Assembly (NCBI GenBank): GCA_014859785.1
Contig: JACUTP010000001.1
Coordinates: forward strand, 1 to 33,794
DNA from: Candidatus Methanoperedenaceae archaeon
GTDB lineage: Archaea; Halobacteriota; Methanosarcinia; Methanosarcinales; Methanoperedenaceae
DNA length: 33,794 bases
Direction: 5' to 3'
The notes under the pieces were generated by a model. The model was given only the letters and a program-made list of their open reading frames with translations. It was not told the DNA's origin and did no database searches. Positions within the stretch are counted from its first letter, which is position 1; each line of letters begins with the position of its first letter. Both the position numbers and the translations under genes were made by a program. Shown piece by piece: positions 24,373 to 33,435 of the stretch.

Positions 24373-25515
24373 ATGTTTTTCAAGCAATTTCGAAACGAAG
24401 GCTGTCTGTCTTACATCATAGCTGATGAGATTACGAAAGAATGTGCAGTTATAGACCCTGCAAAAGAAACAGGACAGTACCTGGAGGCACTGGAAAATTA
24501 CGGTTCTATCAAGTATATTATCGATACGCATTCCCATGCCGACCATGTTACAGGTGCAGGAGAACTCTCTATAAGTACAGGCGGAAAAGTGGTGATGAGC
24601 AGACATGTGGATAAACAGCGCGCTGCCAGTGAGGGAAAAGGTGATGAAATCGGTATCGGCGATATACTCAGGGAAAATTCATCTGTTGCTGTGGCAAAAA
24701 AAGTTAGTGAGGGGGATGAACTTGAAATCGGGAACATTTCTTTAGAAGTTATCGAGACTGCCGGACATACCCTTGACTCGATGTGCCTTTTAATGGAATA
24801 CAGGGTATTTTCCGGTGACACACTTATGATAGGGCTCTGCGGGCGTACTGATTTGCCGGGAGGCAGCACTGAAATGATGTATAACAGTATCTTTGAGAAG
24901 CTCCACACCCTTGAAGACGACCTTCTGGTTTATCCTGCACACGATTATAAAGGCAACATCAACAGTTCTGTCGGTTATGAGAAAATGAATAACCCGTTCT
25001 TTAAGCAAAGGAAACCCGGGGAATTTGTCGAATTCGTAAAAAAGGCATTTCCACCACCCAAAGGTTCTGGTATGCAGTGTGGTGTCATGGATACAAAGGC
25101 TGCCATTCAGGAACCTGGTGCTACAGGACCCTTAATGAAAGATATGTGTGTGGCTATGGAGAAGTTTTTCAGGGACTTGCCCCGTGACTGGAAAAACTGG
25201 AATGTGATGGATGTCAGGGAACTTAAGAAAAAACTGGATGCAGGAGAGAATGTCTTTGTGCTTGATGTCCGAACGCCAGGTGAATATAAGGAGTATCATA
25301 TCAAGGGTGCCAGGAATATTCCCGTAAAAGAAATACCCGGGCGGATAAACGAGCTTCCGAAAGACAGGGACGCAGACATTGTAACTCAATGCGATAGCGG
25401 TTTTCGGAGCGCACATGCAGCGATATTCCTTAAAGCCTACGGATACACAAATGTAAAGAACCTTGAGCATGGTATTCGCAAATGGCTCGAAGAAGGGTAT
25501 GATGTGGAGAGGTAA
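24373..25515 (+). CDS. ETHE1-like metallo-beta-lactamase-fold (persulfide dioxygenase-type) protein fused to a C-terminal rhodanese domain
   Basis: 'HSHADHVTG' (HxHxDH), 'GDTLMIGLCGRTDLPGGS' and 'YPAHDYKG' resemble ETHE1. The C-terminal rhodanese has active loop 'QCDSGFRS'. The ORF opens at 24343, but 'MFFKQF' at 24373 matches typical N-termini of this family. Confidence 0.8.
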   Translation: MFFKQFRNEGCLSYIIADEITKECAVIDPAKETGQYLEALENYGSIKYIIDTHSHADHVTGAGELSISTGGKVVMSRHVDKQRAASEGKGDEIGIGDILRENSSVAVAKKVSEGDELEIGNISLEVIETAGHTLDSMCLLMEYRVFSGDTLMIGLCGRTDLPGGSTEMMYNSIFEKLHTLEDDLLVYPAHDYKGNINSSVGYEKMNNPFFKQRKPGEFVEFVKKAFPPPKGSGMQCGVMDTKAAIQEPGATGPLMKDMCVAMEKFFRDLPRDWKNWNVMDVRELKKKLDAGENVFVLDVRTPGEYKEYHIKGARNIPVKEIPGRINELPKDRDADIVTQCDSGFRSAHAAIFLKAYGYTNVKNLEHGIRKWLEEGYDVER

Positions 25516-25544
25516 TAGCTGTAATTAACAGTTTTCTATGAAAA

Positions 25545-26441
25545 CTACCACCCGCGCTTTTGCAGCAGCTCATTTTCACCCAGCGTGCTGATTGAAATAC
25601 CTTTCATTGGCTCACCCAGACCCTTTGAAATCTCGGCAAGCTTTGCAGCATCTTCGTAATTATTCACAGCTTCAACAATTGCAGATGCCATCTTTTCAGG
25701 ATTGTCGGACTTGAAAATACCCGAACCCACAAACACACCGTCAACACCCATTCGCATCATGAGTGCAGCGTCTGCCGGGGTTGCAATACCGCCTGCTGCA
25801 AAATTCACAACCGGAAGCCTCTGGAGTTTCGCCGTTTCCCTGACAAGCTCAATTGGTGCTTCAATCTGGCGCGCAAATGCTACCAGTTCATCTGAATCCT
25901 TGCCCTTAAGTTCCCTTATTGCACCCATTATATGGCGCATGTGCCTGACAGCTTCTTTCACGTCACCTGTCCCGGCTTCTCCTTTTGTCCTTATCATGGC
26001 AGCACCCTCGTTAATTCGCCTGAGAGCCTCGCCAAGGTCGCGTGCTCCGCACACGAAAGGAATGGTAAATTTCGTCTTGTCGATATGGTACTTTTCATCA
26101 GCCGGCGTGAGTACTTCTGACTCGTCGACCATGTCAACCCCAAGTGCCTGGAGGATATCAGCCTCTACAAAATGACCTATTCTTGCTTTTGCCATTACGG
26201 GAATGGTCACAGAATCAATAATCGCCAAAATAACTGCCGGGTCTGCCATTCTTGCTACCCCGCCTGCTTTCCTGATATCCGCAGGAACCATATGTAATGC
26301 CATTACCGCAACAGCGCCGGCATTTTCAGCTATGTGAGCCTCTTCAGGTGTGGTAACGTCCATAATTACACCGCCTTTTTGCATCTTTGCAAAACCCCGC
26401 TTTAACAGTTCAGTGCCATGTCTTAAATTTTCAAGCTTCAT
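25545..26441 (-). CDS. pdxS: Pyridoxal 5'-phosphate synthase lyase subunit PdxS
   Basis: 298 aa with 'GGVIMDV', '[10 protein letters not shown]', '[12 protein letters not shown]' and '[16 protein letters not shown]', all typical of PdxS/SNZ. Confidence 0.95.
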   Translation of the reverse strand: MKLENLRHGTELLKRGFAKMQKGGVIMDVTTPEEAHIAENAGAVAVMALHMVPADIRKAGGVARMADPAVILAIIDSVTIPVMAKARIGHFVEADILQALGVDMVDESEVLTPADEKYHIDKTKFTIPFVCGARDLGEALRRINEGAAMIRTKGEAGTGDVKEAVRHMRHIMGAIRELKGKDSDELVAFARQIEAPIELVRETAKLQRLPVVNFAAGGIATPADAALMMRMGVDGVFVGSGIFKSDNPEKMASAIVEAVNNYEDAAKLAEISKGLGEPMKGISISTLGENELLQKRGW

Positions 26442-27067
26442 AACCTTCCCTTCATGATAATAAAGGATATTATACTTTGTCTTTATGGGCTTTATCTTTA
26501 TCCGTAGGAAAGACGCATTCCTAAATGGTTTATAAATAATGGAAATATTGGGCGTATTTGAGTCAACCAGAATACATAAAGAAGAAATCCAATTAGGTTT
26601 TTGACTTAAGAATCTATCTGTTTTTTAGCCATAACCTGATTTAATAAAAAGCGCGTCAGATATCGAGACTTTTTAATTTCTTCTGGTTTCCATCAAAAAA
26701 CCAAAAAATACAGTGCACTAAACGCTAAAATTCCAACGTTTCCTCATCCATCTCCAACTAATGGCACAAACATTATATCTATTACTGTTATATTAGTATT
26801 TTTATGTAATACAATGACGCAAAAAAATGAGGTTGCCAGTAAAAAATAAAAAGTCTCACTTTTTAAATATTAATGTAAATCAAAACAATATCCTGCAACG
26901 GGACTATGCCAAACTAAAGCCATATACTGGAAATCCGCACCTGCGGTTTGATGAGGAGGTAGTGGCGAGAGTCACTTCTTTAGTCCTGGATGGCAGGAGG
27001 CTAGTGCACCTGTTAAGGCTGGTTAATAAACTCGCATGGGTTCAAGTGCGCTTTATCCTGTTAAATA

Positions 27068-27892
27068 TCACGCCCCGAATATCCCCTCAAGATACTTCCT
27101 CTCAGCTTCCAGCTCTTTAGTTTTATCCTGTTTTGAAAGCTGTCTTCCGTACACCTTGTCATCAATCTCAATGGTAAGGTCGCCGTCATACCCGGTATCC
27201 CTGAGAGCCATGAGTATCCCCCTCATATTATCTTTCATGTGAAGGGGATAGTGCGGCTTGCCGTCATGGGGCGCACCGGCATGGACATTGGTTATCCTTG
27301 CGCCAAGCTGTTCCACAAAAGATATGGCGTTTTCTGGTGATTCAATAAAAGCATGCACAACGTCAAACGTGAAATAAATGGACTGGAACTTATCAAGGAC
27401 TGCTGTCATTTCATCTGGCGAGGAACACATGCTTGAAACAGAGGGCATGCTGTTCTCAAGAGCAAGCCTGATATCCAGGGCATCTGCCCGCTTTGTGGAT
27501 ATTCCAAGGTATCTCTCGAATTTCTGCCAGTCCTCCTCAAGAGGGGGACGGTTCACTGTTCGTCTCCCGGGATGGATTGTAACTGCCCGTGCCCCGATTT
27601 TCCCTGCCAGTTCAAGAGCCCACAGGGTTTCCTTTATTGTGACTTCACAGACATTTTCATTAATCGATGATGGGTTTAAATCCATGACAGGTGCATGCAG
27701 GGTGCAACCATCTGGCATCATGGACAGGGTTTCTTCAAGCATCAGTGTGTTTGCCGTGTCATTCCTGTTCATCCAGAAACCGGGAGTTTCTGCCCAGAAC
27801 TCAACACTCCTGATACCAGCGTCCAGCAATATCCCCATAATTTCAGGAAGCGTGTACTCCCAGAGAAAAAGGGATGCGCAAGATATTCTCAT
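27068..27892 (-). CDS. Sugar phosphate isomerase/epimerase (xylose-isomerase-like TIM barrel, AP endonuclease 2 family)
   Basis: 274 aa. 'VEFWAE', 'AVTIHPG', 'LALEN', 'FDVVHA' and 'DLTIEID' follow the strand-end motif pattern of this TIM-barrel family. Confidence 0.7.
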   Translation of the reverse strand: MRISCASLFLWEYTLPEIMGILLDAGIRSVEFWAETPGFWMNRNDTANTLMLEETLSMMPDGCTLHAPVMDLNPSSINENVCEVTIKETLWALELAGKIGARAVTIHPGRRTVNRPPLEEDWQKFERYLGISTKRADALDIRLALENSMPSVSSMCSSPDEMTAVLDKFQSIYFTFDVVHAFIESPENAISFVEQLGARITNVHAGAPHDGKPHYPLHMKDNMRGILMALRDTGYDGDLTIEIDDKVYGRQLSKQDKTKELEAERKYLEGIFGA

Positions 27893-27942
27893 ATTGACTC
27901 CTTAATTATACAGTAATAATATTGGAATCATCCTTATTAATA

Positions 27943-29769
27943 TCACCCAATCTTCTTTGAGTGGCGAAGCTCAACTGCAACTCCTCTTGCAGATTCTTTC
28001 ATCTCCCAGCCCGACATGGCAGCCCTTCCGACCCCGAAAATCTTATCACCCTTAACAATTACCTCATCGTTGGGACGAATCTGCGGGTCTGCTTCAATCA
28101 CTCCGGGTGCAAGAATGGTGCTCCGGGGTATGAAATCGCCAATTGTCACGCTGTAACCCTGCCAGTCACGAAGCATCATCCCTCCCTCAATTGTAAGTGC
28201 AAGCGTGCCGTACTGCGGGATAAGCGTTGCAAGCTGTTTTTTCTCCGAGAATAACTGGTATTTCGGATAGGGCGCCCTGACAATTCCGTCACCAGGCACG
28301 AGCATGCGCCCTGCGCCTTTCCCGAACTGGTAATCAGCAGCTACGCGCATGATGTCAAGTTTTGTCTCATCACCTGAGCGCTTTTTACCGTTGTCAAGCC
28401 CAAAAACCGCATCCTTAAGGTTGTTCAGGGACGTGCGCGCCAAAACGCCGTCATCTACTGTATAAACAAAACCAATGCCCGTTTCTTCTTCAACTGATTC
28501 ACAGATTTCCCTGTATGCACCTTCAACATGCGCGATAATGTTCGTGTATTTATTCTTCTGTAGATACGACTTCAGGCATCCCCCGACCCATGCCCGCTCC
28601 TCTGCATCCCAGTCTCCTGTTACCGGCGTGTCATAATGTGCGGCTGGGTACATGAGTTCAAGCTCGCGCGGGACAATTCCCATCGGGGACGTAATAATTA
28701 CCTCGTGGACGAATTTGCGGTATTTCCCGAGTGCATTTATGAATTTCTGGTGGGAAAGGGAAACGGAATAAGGTTTTTTTGCAGAGCACGGAAGCAGCAC
28801 AAGGGTGTCAAGGTCAGGCGGGGTGTACCGTTCCAGTACCCTTTCTGCAAACCGTTTTATTTCAACCCGGTTCATAGATTCTGATGTGTTGGCATACAAT
28901 GTGGCTGACCTGAAAACCGGCGTCCTTTTCTCGATAAATGAATATTCGGAATCAAGGAGGCGAAGCACGGCAGTCAGCCAGGGACGCGTCCTGCACTGGC
29001 GCTCAACGTATTCGCGAAGGCTTCCAGCCCTTACCTGCTCCCTTACGGCACTAAGCTCGCTTGAAAGTGCAAACGAGTTGTGGCGCGAAAGCAGTTCAGC
29101 GCGCTGTTTTTTCGGGAGTTTTAATAGCTTTTCAGGGACAGCAGCAGAGCACACATCACAGGGGCAGGGGAATTCATGCATCCTGTCAAGATGGAACTCC
29201 CCTGAAGTTGTAAGGTAAATATCCTGGTAACCCTTGATTACAGGTAACGTATCATCCACAAGGTCAGCGCCTATATACACAATCATTGCCAGGTTTTCGG
29301 GTTTTGAAAGTGATGGCACGTACAATATTGAGCCTGATTTTGTGTTTTCCCTGATATTAATTATTGAATCCACAAACGCACGAGGGTTATTCTCAAGCTG
29401 TTTTGCAGCGCCGAGTACGTAAAGGTCTGATTCCGGAAGCTGCTGGTAAAGAGGATGCACGACTAAACCTGTGTGCGCCTCAAGTTCATCGGTATTCAGC
29501 AGGGTTTCATCAGAACTCACTGAATCCGCAAGTCCTTTTACTATTTCTTCCCTTGTATGCAAGGGCGCTGACTTGTGCGGAAGGATGATAATTTTTTCCT
29601 GCGTCTTTTCCGGAATTGCGGTTTTTCCCCACAGGCTCCCGGAATCAACAATAAACCCGTCCTTTTTCCACGGCTGGATTATGGCAGGCGTTGATAATCC
29701 GCCGTCCAGTGACAGCTTTCCAATCCGCGCTGCTGCATCGCGGTGTGTTACTTCGAAGATGTTAGTCAT
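27943..29769 (-). CDS. arcS: Archaeosine synthase alpha subunit (ArcS / TgtA2-like) with C-terminal PUA domain
   Basis: 608 aa. TGT-like N-terminus 'FEVTHRDAAARIGKL', 'LLPCSAKKPYSVSLSH' (DUF5591-type motif), and PUA-like C-terminus 'VIVKGDKIFGVGRAAMSGWEM'. Confidence 0.75.
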   Translation of the reverse strand: MTNIFEVTHRDAAARIGKLSLDGGLSTPAIIQPWKKDGFIVDSGSLWGKTAIPEKTQEKIIILPHKSAPLHTREEIVKGLADSVSSDETLLNTDELEAHTGLVVHPLYQQLPESDLYVLGAAKQLENNPRAFVDSIINIRENTKSGSILYVPSLSKPENLAMIVYIGADLVDDTLPVIKGYQDIYLTTSGEFHLDRMHEFPCPCDVCSAAVPEKLLKLPKKQRAELLSRHNSFALSSELSAVREQVRAGSLREYVERQCRTRPWLTAVLRLLDSEYSFIEKRTPVFRSATLYANTSESMNRVEIKRFAERVLERYTPPDLDTLVLLPCSAKKPYSVSLSHQKFINALGKYRKFVHEVIITSPMGIVPRELELMYPAAHYDTPVTGDWDAEERAWVGGCLKSYLQKNKYTNIIAHVEGAYREICESVEEETGIGFVYTVDDGVLARTSLNNLKDAVFGLDNGKKRSGDETKLDIMRVAADYQFGKGAGRMLVPGDGIVRAPYPKYQLFSEKKQLATLIPQYGTLALTIEGGMMLRDWQGYSVTIGDFIPRSTILAPGVIEADPQIRPNDEVIVKGDKIFGVGRAAMSGWEMKESARGVAVELRHSKKIG

Positions 29770-30033
29770 AATATCTAATAATATTACATAGAAAATGGTA
29801 ATTCAAGTACTCTAAGTGAGATGTTTATTTAAATGTGCCTTCGCTTTGCAATAAGCAAAACAATTTTAAATGTTGGGATTAACTTGCTTAAACGGCAGGT
29901 GTAGATTTGTTAAAGTCAAGAATGAAAGCCAATGAGCTCAATTTATCGATTTTGGGTTATATTGATTCAGCCAGCAGATAATGATATAATTTTATACTTT
30001 GTATGAAAAATCGTATTTTCATATTTATCTATG

Positions 30034-30063
30034 AATCATTTGATTCATGGTCAGTTTCCTATT
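30034..30063 (+). repeat. 30-nt element AATCATTTGATTCATGGTCAGTTTCCTATT, copy 2
   Basis: Identical to 21697-21726. Lies in a 585-nt AT-rich intergenic region. Confidence 0.9.
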
Positions 30064-30354
30064 CGTAAAGTTAAAAAAACAATGGAAGAAAATAAAGAAA
30101 ATCAGCATCGTGCGATATTATTCAGACCCTAAATTAGGAACTATTTATGATTTAAGGTGGGAAACATGGGATAAAAGAGAAATTTTGCAATTGTTTAAGG
30201 GCATTATTGAAGGAACTTTCAGAAACAGATTTTATCTTTTCCGATATGCCTGACAAAGTGGTTGAGTTAAAACCTGTTGGAACATAAAAGGCTAATTATT
30301 TTCTACGACATCTATTTGTATGAATACTAAAGACTTAACTTAGGAGGTAAGGTT

Positions 30355-30762
30355 TTGAAAAAGAAAGTAAAGTTGCTCAAGGATATAATGACGAAAAGAA
30401 TAGTAATGATACCTGCCACGCTCTCGATCAGGGAAATTACGAAGATTATGGCCAGGGAAGAGGTATCTGGAGTTGCTGTGGAAAGCCCAGAGAGAGGGGT
30501 CATGGGAATCGTCTCGGAGTGTGATGTGCTTTGTCATTTTGGAAAACTGAACTGGGAGCTTTTAACAGCGGAGGAGATAATGACCCCGCATGTAGAGGCT
30601 ATCAGACCTGAGACAACTCTTGAGGAAGCTGCGGATGTGATGAATGAGAAACACATCCACAGGTTACTGGTGATGGGCAGGGATTTGAGTGAACCTCAGA
30701 TGCCGGCTGGCATAGTCAGCGCAAGCGACATTGTTAAGGAAATTGGCAAGGGGAGTTTTTAG
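30355..30762 (+). CDS. CBS-domain pair protein
   Basis: 135 aa with two CBS repeats ('IMTKRIVMIPAT...GVAVE', 'IMTPHVEAIRPE...IHRLLVM'). The TTG start is preceded by GGAGGT at 6-nt spacing. Confidence 0.8.
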   Translation: MKKKVKLLKDIMTKRIVMIPATLSIREITKIMAREEVSGVAVESPERGVMGIVSECDVLCHFGKLNWELLTAEEIMTPHVEAIRPETTLEEAADVMNEKHIHRLLVMGRDLSEPQMPAGIVSASDIVKEIGKGSF

Positions 30763-30787
30763 TTATTTTCTCAAGGTCTAAGAATAA

Positions 30788-32182
30788 ATGGCTCTAAAGT
30801 TTTACAACACATTATCAGGCAAAAAAGAGGTTTTTGTTCCTTTAACAGATAAATTTGCTGGCATATATTCCTGCGGCCCTACGGTTTATGGTTTCGCCCA
30901 CATCGGTAACCTCCGCGCCTATCTTTTTGCGGACGTTCTAAGGCGGTATCTTGAATTTAAAGGCTACACCGTCCGGCAAGCCATGAATATCACTGACCTT
31001 GATGATAAGACTATCAGGGCATCAAAAGAGCAGGGCATAAGCCTCAGGGAATATACAGATAAGTACATCAGGTTTTTCTTTGAGGATATCGATCTTCTCA
31101 GGATAAAAAGGGCGGATGTTTACCCCAGGGTCACCGACCACATAAATGAAATGGCGGATATGGTCAAATTATTACTTGAAAAGGGCTATGCTTATCGCAA
31201 AGATGGCTCTGTTTATTTTAAGGTGAGTGAATTTCCTGATTACGGGAAACTTGCAAAGATAGACATATCCCGGATAAAGCCCGGGGCTACGGTTGAAGCG
31301 GATGAATATGAGAAAGAAGATGTGCGCGACTTTGCGTTATGGAAGGAAAAGAAAGAGGGTGAGCCTTTCTGGGTGACTGAAATTGGTGAAGGAAGACCGG
31401 GCTGGCATATTGAATGCTCTGCCATGTCCATTAAATATCTCGGCGCTACCATAGATATCCATACAGGCGGCATAGATAACATTTTTCCCCATCATCAGAA
31501 CGAGATAGCCCAGAGCGAGGCTGCGACAGGGCAGAAATTCGTAAGATGCTGGATGCATTGCCAACACCTGCTCGTTGATAATAAGAAGATGTCCAAGAGC
31601 ATGGGGAACATTATTACCCTGAGAGACGTGATAAATAGGGGCTACACGCCAGAGACTCTGCGGTATTTATTCGTATTCTCGCACTACAGGTCAAGACTAA
31701 ACTTCACATGGGAATCTATCGGACATGCCTCGAATACCCTTAACAGGTTAAATCAGTTCGTTGAACGGCTTAAGGATTATAATTCAAAATCCAAAAGTAA
31801 TGAGGAAATAACAATGCTGACCAGCAGGCATGCGCAGCGTTTTGAAACCGAAATGGATAACGACCTTAACACTCCCGGAGCCCTTGCATCCATTTTCGAC
31901 ATGGTAGGTGAAGTTAATGCTGCCATAGAAAAAGAGGATTTGAGCGCTGAGAACGCAAAGGCTGTTTATGAACTTATGCTCAAATTCAATGCGGTTTTGG
32001 GCATCCTGACGCTTAAAGAAAAAGGAGTGCTCTCAGGAAATATAGAAGCGCTTATTGAAGAGAGGGAAAAAGCCAGGGAAAGAAAGAACTTTAAGCATGC
32101 TGATGAGATAAGAAAAAGGCTGGAGGATATGGGTATTGTGCTGGAGGATACAAAGGAAGGGGTAAAGTGGAGGAAAAAATAG
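30788..32182 (+). CDS. cysS: Cysteine--tRNA ligase
   Basis: 464 aa with 'CGPTVYGFAHIGN' (HIGH), 'PGWHIECSAM' and 'KMSKSMGN' (KMSKS). Confidence 0.95.
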   Translation: MALKFYNTLSGKKEVFVPLTDKFAGIYSCGPTVYGFAHIGNLRAYLFADVLRRYLEFKGYTVRQAMNITDLDDKTIRASKEQGISLREYTDKYIRFFFEDIDLLRIKRADVYPRVTDHINEMADMVKLLLEKGYAYRKDGSVYFKVSEFPDYGKLAKIDISRIKPGATVEADEYEKEDVRDFALWKEKKEGEPFWVTEIGEGRPGWHIECSAMSIKYLGATIDIHTGGIDNIFPHHQNEIAQSEAATGQKFVRCWMHCQHLLVDNKKMSKSMGNIITLRDVINRGYTPETLRYLFVFSHYRSRLNFTWESIGHASNTLNRLNQFVERLKDYNSKSKSNEEITMLTSRHAQRFETEMDNDLNTPGALASIFDMVGEVNAAIEKEDLSAENAKAVYELMLKFNAVLGILTLKEKGVLSGNIEALIEEREKARERKNFKHADEIRKRLEDMGIVLEDTKEGVKWRKK

Positions 32183-32185
32183 CCC

Positions 32186-32192
32186 TTTTTTT
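32186..32192 (+). terminator. Oligo-T terminator candidate after cysS
   Basis: A run of seven T starts 4 nt after the cysS stop codon. Archaeal termination typically uses oligo-T tracts. Confidence 0.35.
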
Positions 32193-32451
32193 ATGCTCTC
32201 ATCCCTATCCGAGATAAAAGAAGGACAATTATCGTAAGATTGATTTTATTTATGACCGCCATTGATGCTTATCATCCCCATGCGCCGTTCTGGACATTGA
32301 GCAAAATAGGTTCAATAAATGAAGTTTATCTGAAGCCCTTCAGCGCCTGCCAGCCTGGTTGGTATCCTTTAGACTCCTAAGCCCAGCTTCATGTTTATTC
32401 TGTTAATGCTGCCGTTTTTGGCTTGTTCTATAACGTGGGGTCATGGGCGCC

Positions 32452-32811
32452 TTATCCCTTCATTTCAAACTCCTCAAACCTCTCCTTCTTCGCTCTGCAA
32501 ATCGGGCAGAGGTCTGGTGGTTCCTCCCTTGCGCAGAGATAACCGCACACATTACATCGGTAGACTTGAGCCATTTCTTTTCCTCCTGCTCCTTTTTGTT
32601 CCATAACGCTCGGATAACCTTTCTCATAATATTCCTGCGGGCGCCGCTCCTCTATCGGATCATGCTTTTTCTTCCCGCTTATCCAGTCATCGCTCACATA
32701 CAGCACACACAGGCAGCAGCCGTACTCCTCAACATCAGCGTCGCGGTAGTTACAAGGGCAGATAATGTCCATATCATCTGCCAGCAAGCCGCTTGCTAAG
32801 CGGCAGGGCAT
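32452..32811 (-). CDS. Ferredoxin:thioredoxin-reductase catalytic-subunit-like domain fused to C-terminal rubredoxin-like domain (downstream frame of an apparently frameshifted gene)
   Basis: 119 aa. '(M)PCRLASG...ICPCNYRD...GCCLCVLY' matches the FTR-catalytic CPC..CPC..CxC spacing. The C-terminal 'YRCNVCGY...LCPICRA' is a rubredoxin knuckle pair. Confidence 0.75.
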   Translation of the reverse strand: MPCRLASGLLADDMDIICPCNYRDADVEEYGCCLCVLYVSDDWISGKKKHDPIEERRPQEYYEKGYPSVMEQKGAGGKEMAQVYRCNVCGYLCAREEPPDLCPICRAKKERFEEFEMKG

Positions 32812-32951
32812 GAAATATAGCCGTACCTGTGCTCGTTATCCCACAGACCCTGCAGGATATCATCCAGTTCTTCCTTGACCGGGTTGAACTGGTAGCCTTC
32901 CTCGTCAGCGATTTTCTTCATTTCAGCAAACATCACAGCAACAGTTCTCAT
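32796..32951 (-). pseudogene. N-terminal fragment of the same FTR-like gene in a different frame
   Basis: The ATG at 32951, preceded by AGAGGA, opens 'MRTVAVMFAEMKKIADEEGYQFNPVKEELDDILQGLWDNEHRYGYISCPAA*'. '..RYGY..CP' is the canonical lead-in to the first CPC motif. The frame breaks inside that motif. Confidence 0.7.
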
Positions 32952-33024
32952 GTTCCTCTGTGTGGATTAATAGCTTTGATTTTATTTTTATTGAGCATTT
33001 TCATGAACTCTCCTCGGGTTGCGG

Positions 33025-33432
33025 CTACAGAGGCAGATAATAGGATATGATAGCTATGACAGCACCTGTAATTGCTGAGTATGTAATAATCCGCCACGCC
33101 TTCCGCCGATCCATAGCACGGAACTCCGCCTGTTCTACTGTATCGGTCTTTCCGATATCAGGACTTAAATTGAACACCCCGTGCATGCCGAAATATGCAC
33201 AAAAATGCATGCGCGCCTGAAGGAAACCTATCGCCATTATCATTGCCGGAATAAATATAACAAGCCGCCACGGACGCGGCATATCAAAATATATAAGCAG
33301 ACCCAGGAGAATCACTGTGATGATTAGACCTGACCACCCTGCCTGTTTTCTTCTTTTAACTTCTGATTTTCCGATGTTACATACTCCGGGAATGTATTTA
33401 TCTTGTACATGATTATTCGATATCCCATTCAT
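33025..33432 (-). CDS. Hypothetical membrane protein (about 3-4 TM segments)
   Basis: 135-aa ORF starting 3 nt downstream of the Rieske-like gene. Hydrophobic stretches 'GLIITVILLGLLIYF', 'LVIFIPAMIMAIGFL' and 'IITYSAITGAVIAIISYY'. No family recognised. Confidence 0.6.
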   Translation of the reverse strand: MNGISNNHVQDKYIPGVCNIGKSEVKRRKQAGWSGLIITVILLGLLIYFDMPRPWRLVIFIPAMIMAIGFLQARMHFCAYFGMHGVFNLSPDIGKTDTVEQAEFRAMDRRKAWRIITYSAITGAVIAIISYYLPL

Positions 33433-33435
33433 AAA

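Noticed and set aside
26502-26521. Partial resemblance of the pdxS upstream sequence (minus strand AATGCGTCTTTCCTACGG) to the repeated 28-mer (AATGCGTTTATACTTTCCTATACGT)
   Set aside because: Only two 7-mers match, with different spacing, and the TATA part is missing. This could be chance.
26827-27120. 97-aa ORF in the pdxS-upstream gap
   Set aside because: It overlaps the 3' end of the convergent TIM-barrel gene by ~50 nt and has no SD or family motif. The 'GNPHLRFDEE' stretch seemed vaguely familiar, but I cannot assign it to any family.
32350-32390. tRNA-like stretch 'CAGCCTGGTTGGTATCCTTTAGACTCCTAAGCCCAGC' (D-loop-like GGTTGG, CTCCTAA loop)
   Set aside because: The flanking bases do not form an anticodon stem (TTAGA versus GCCCA). 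No acceptor stem or T-arm (GGTTCGAAT-type) is present.
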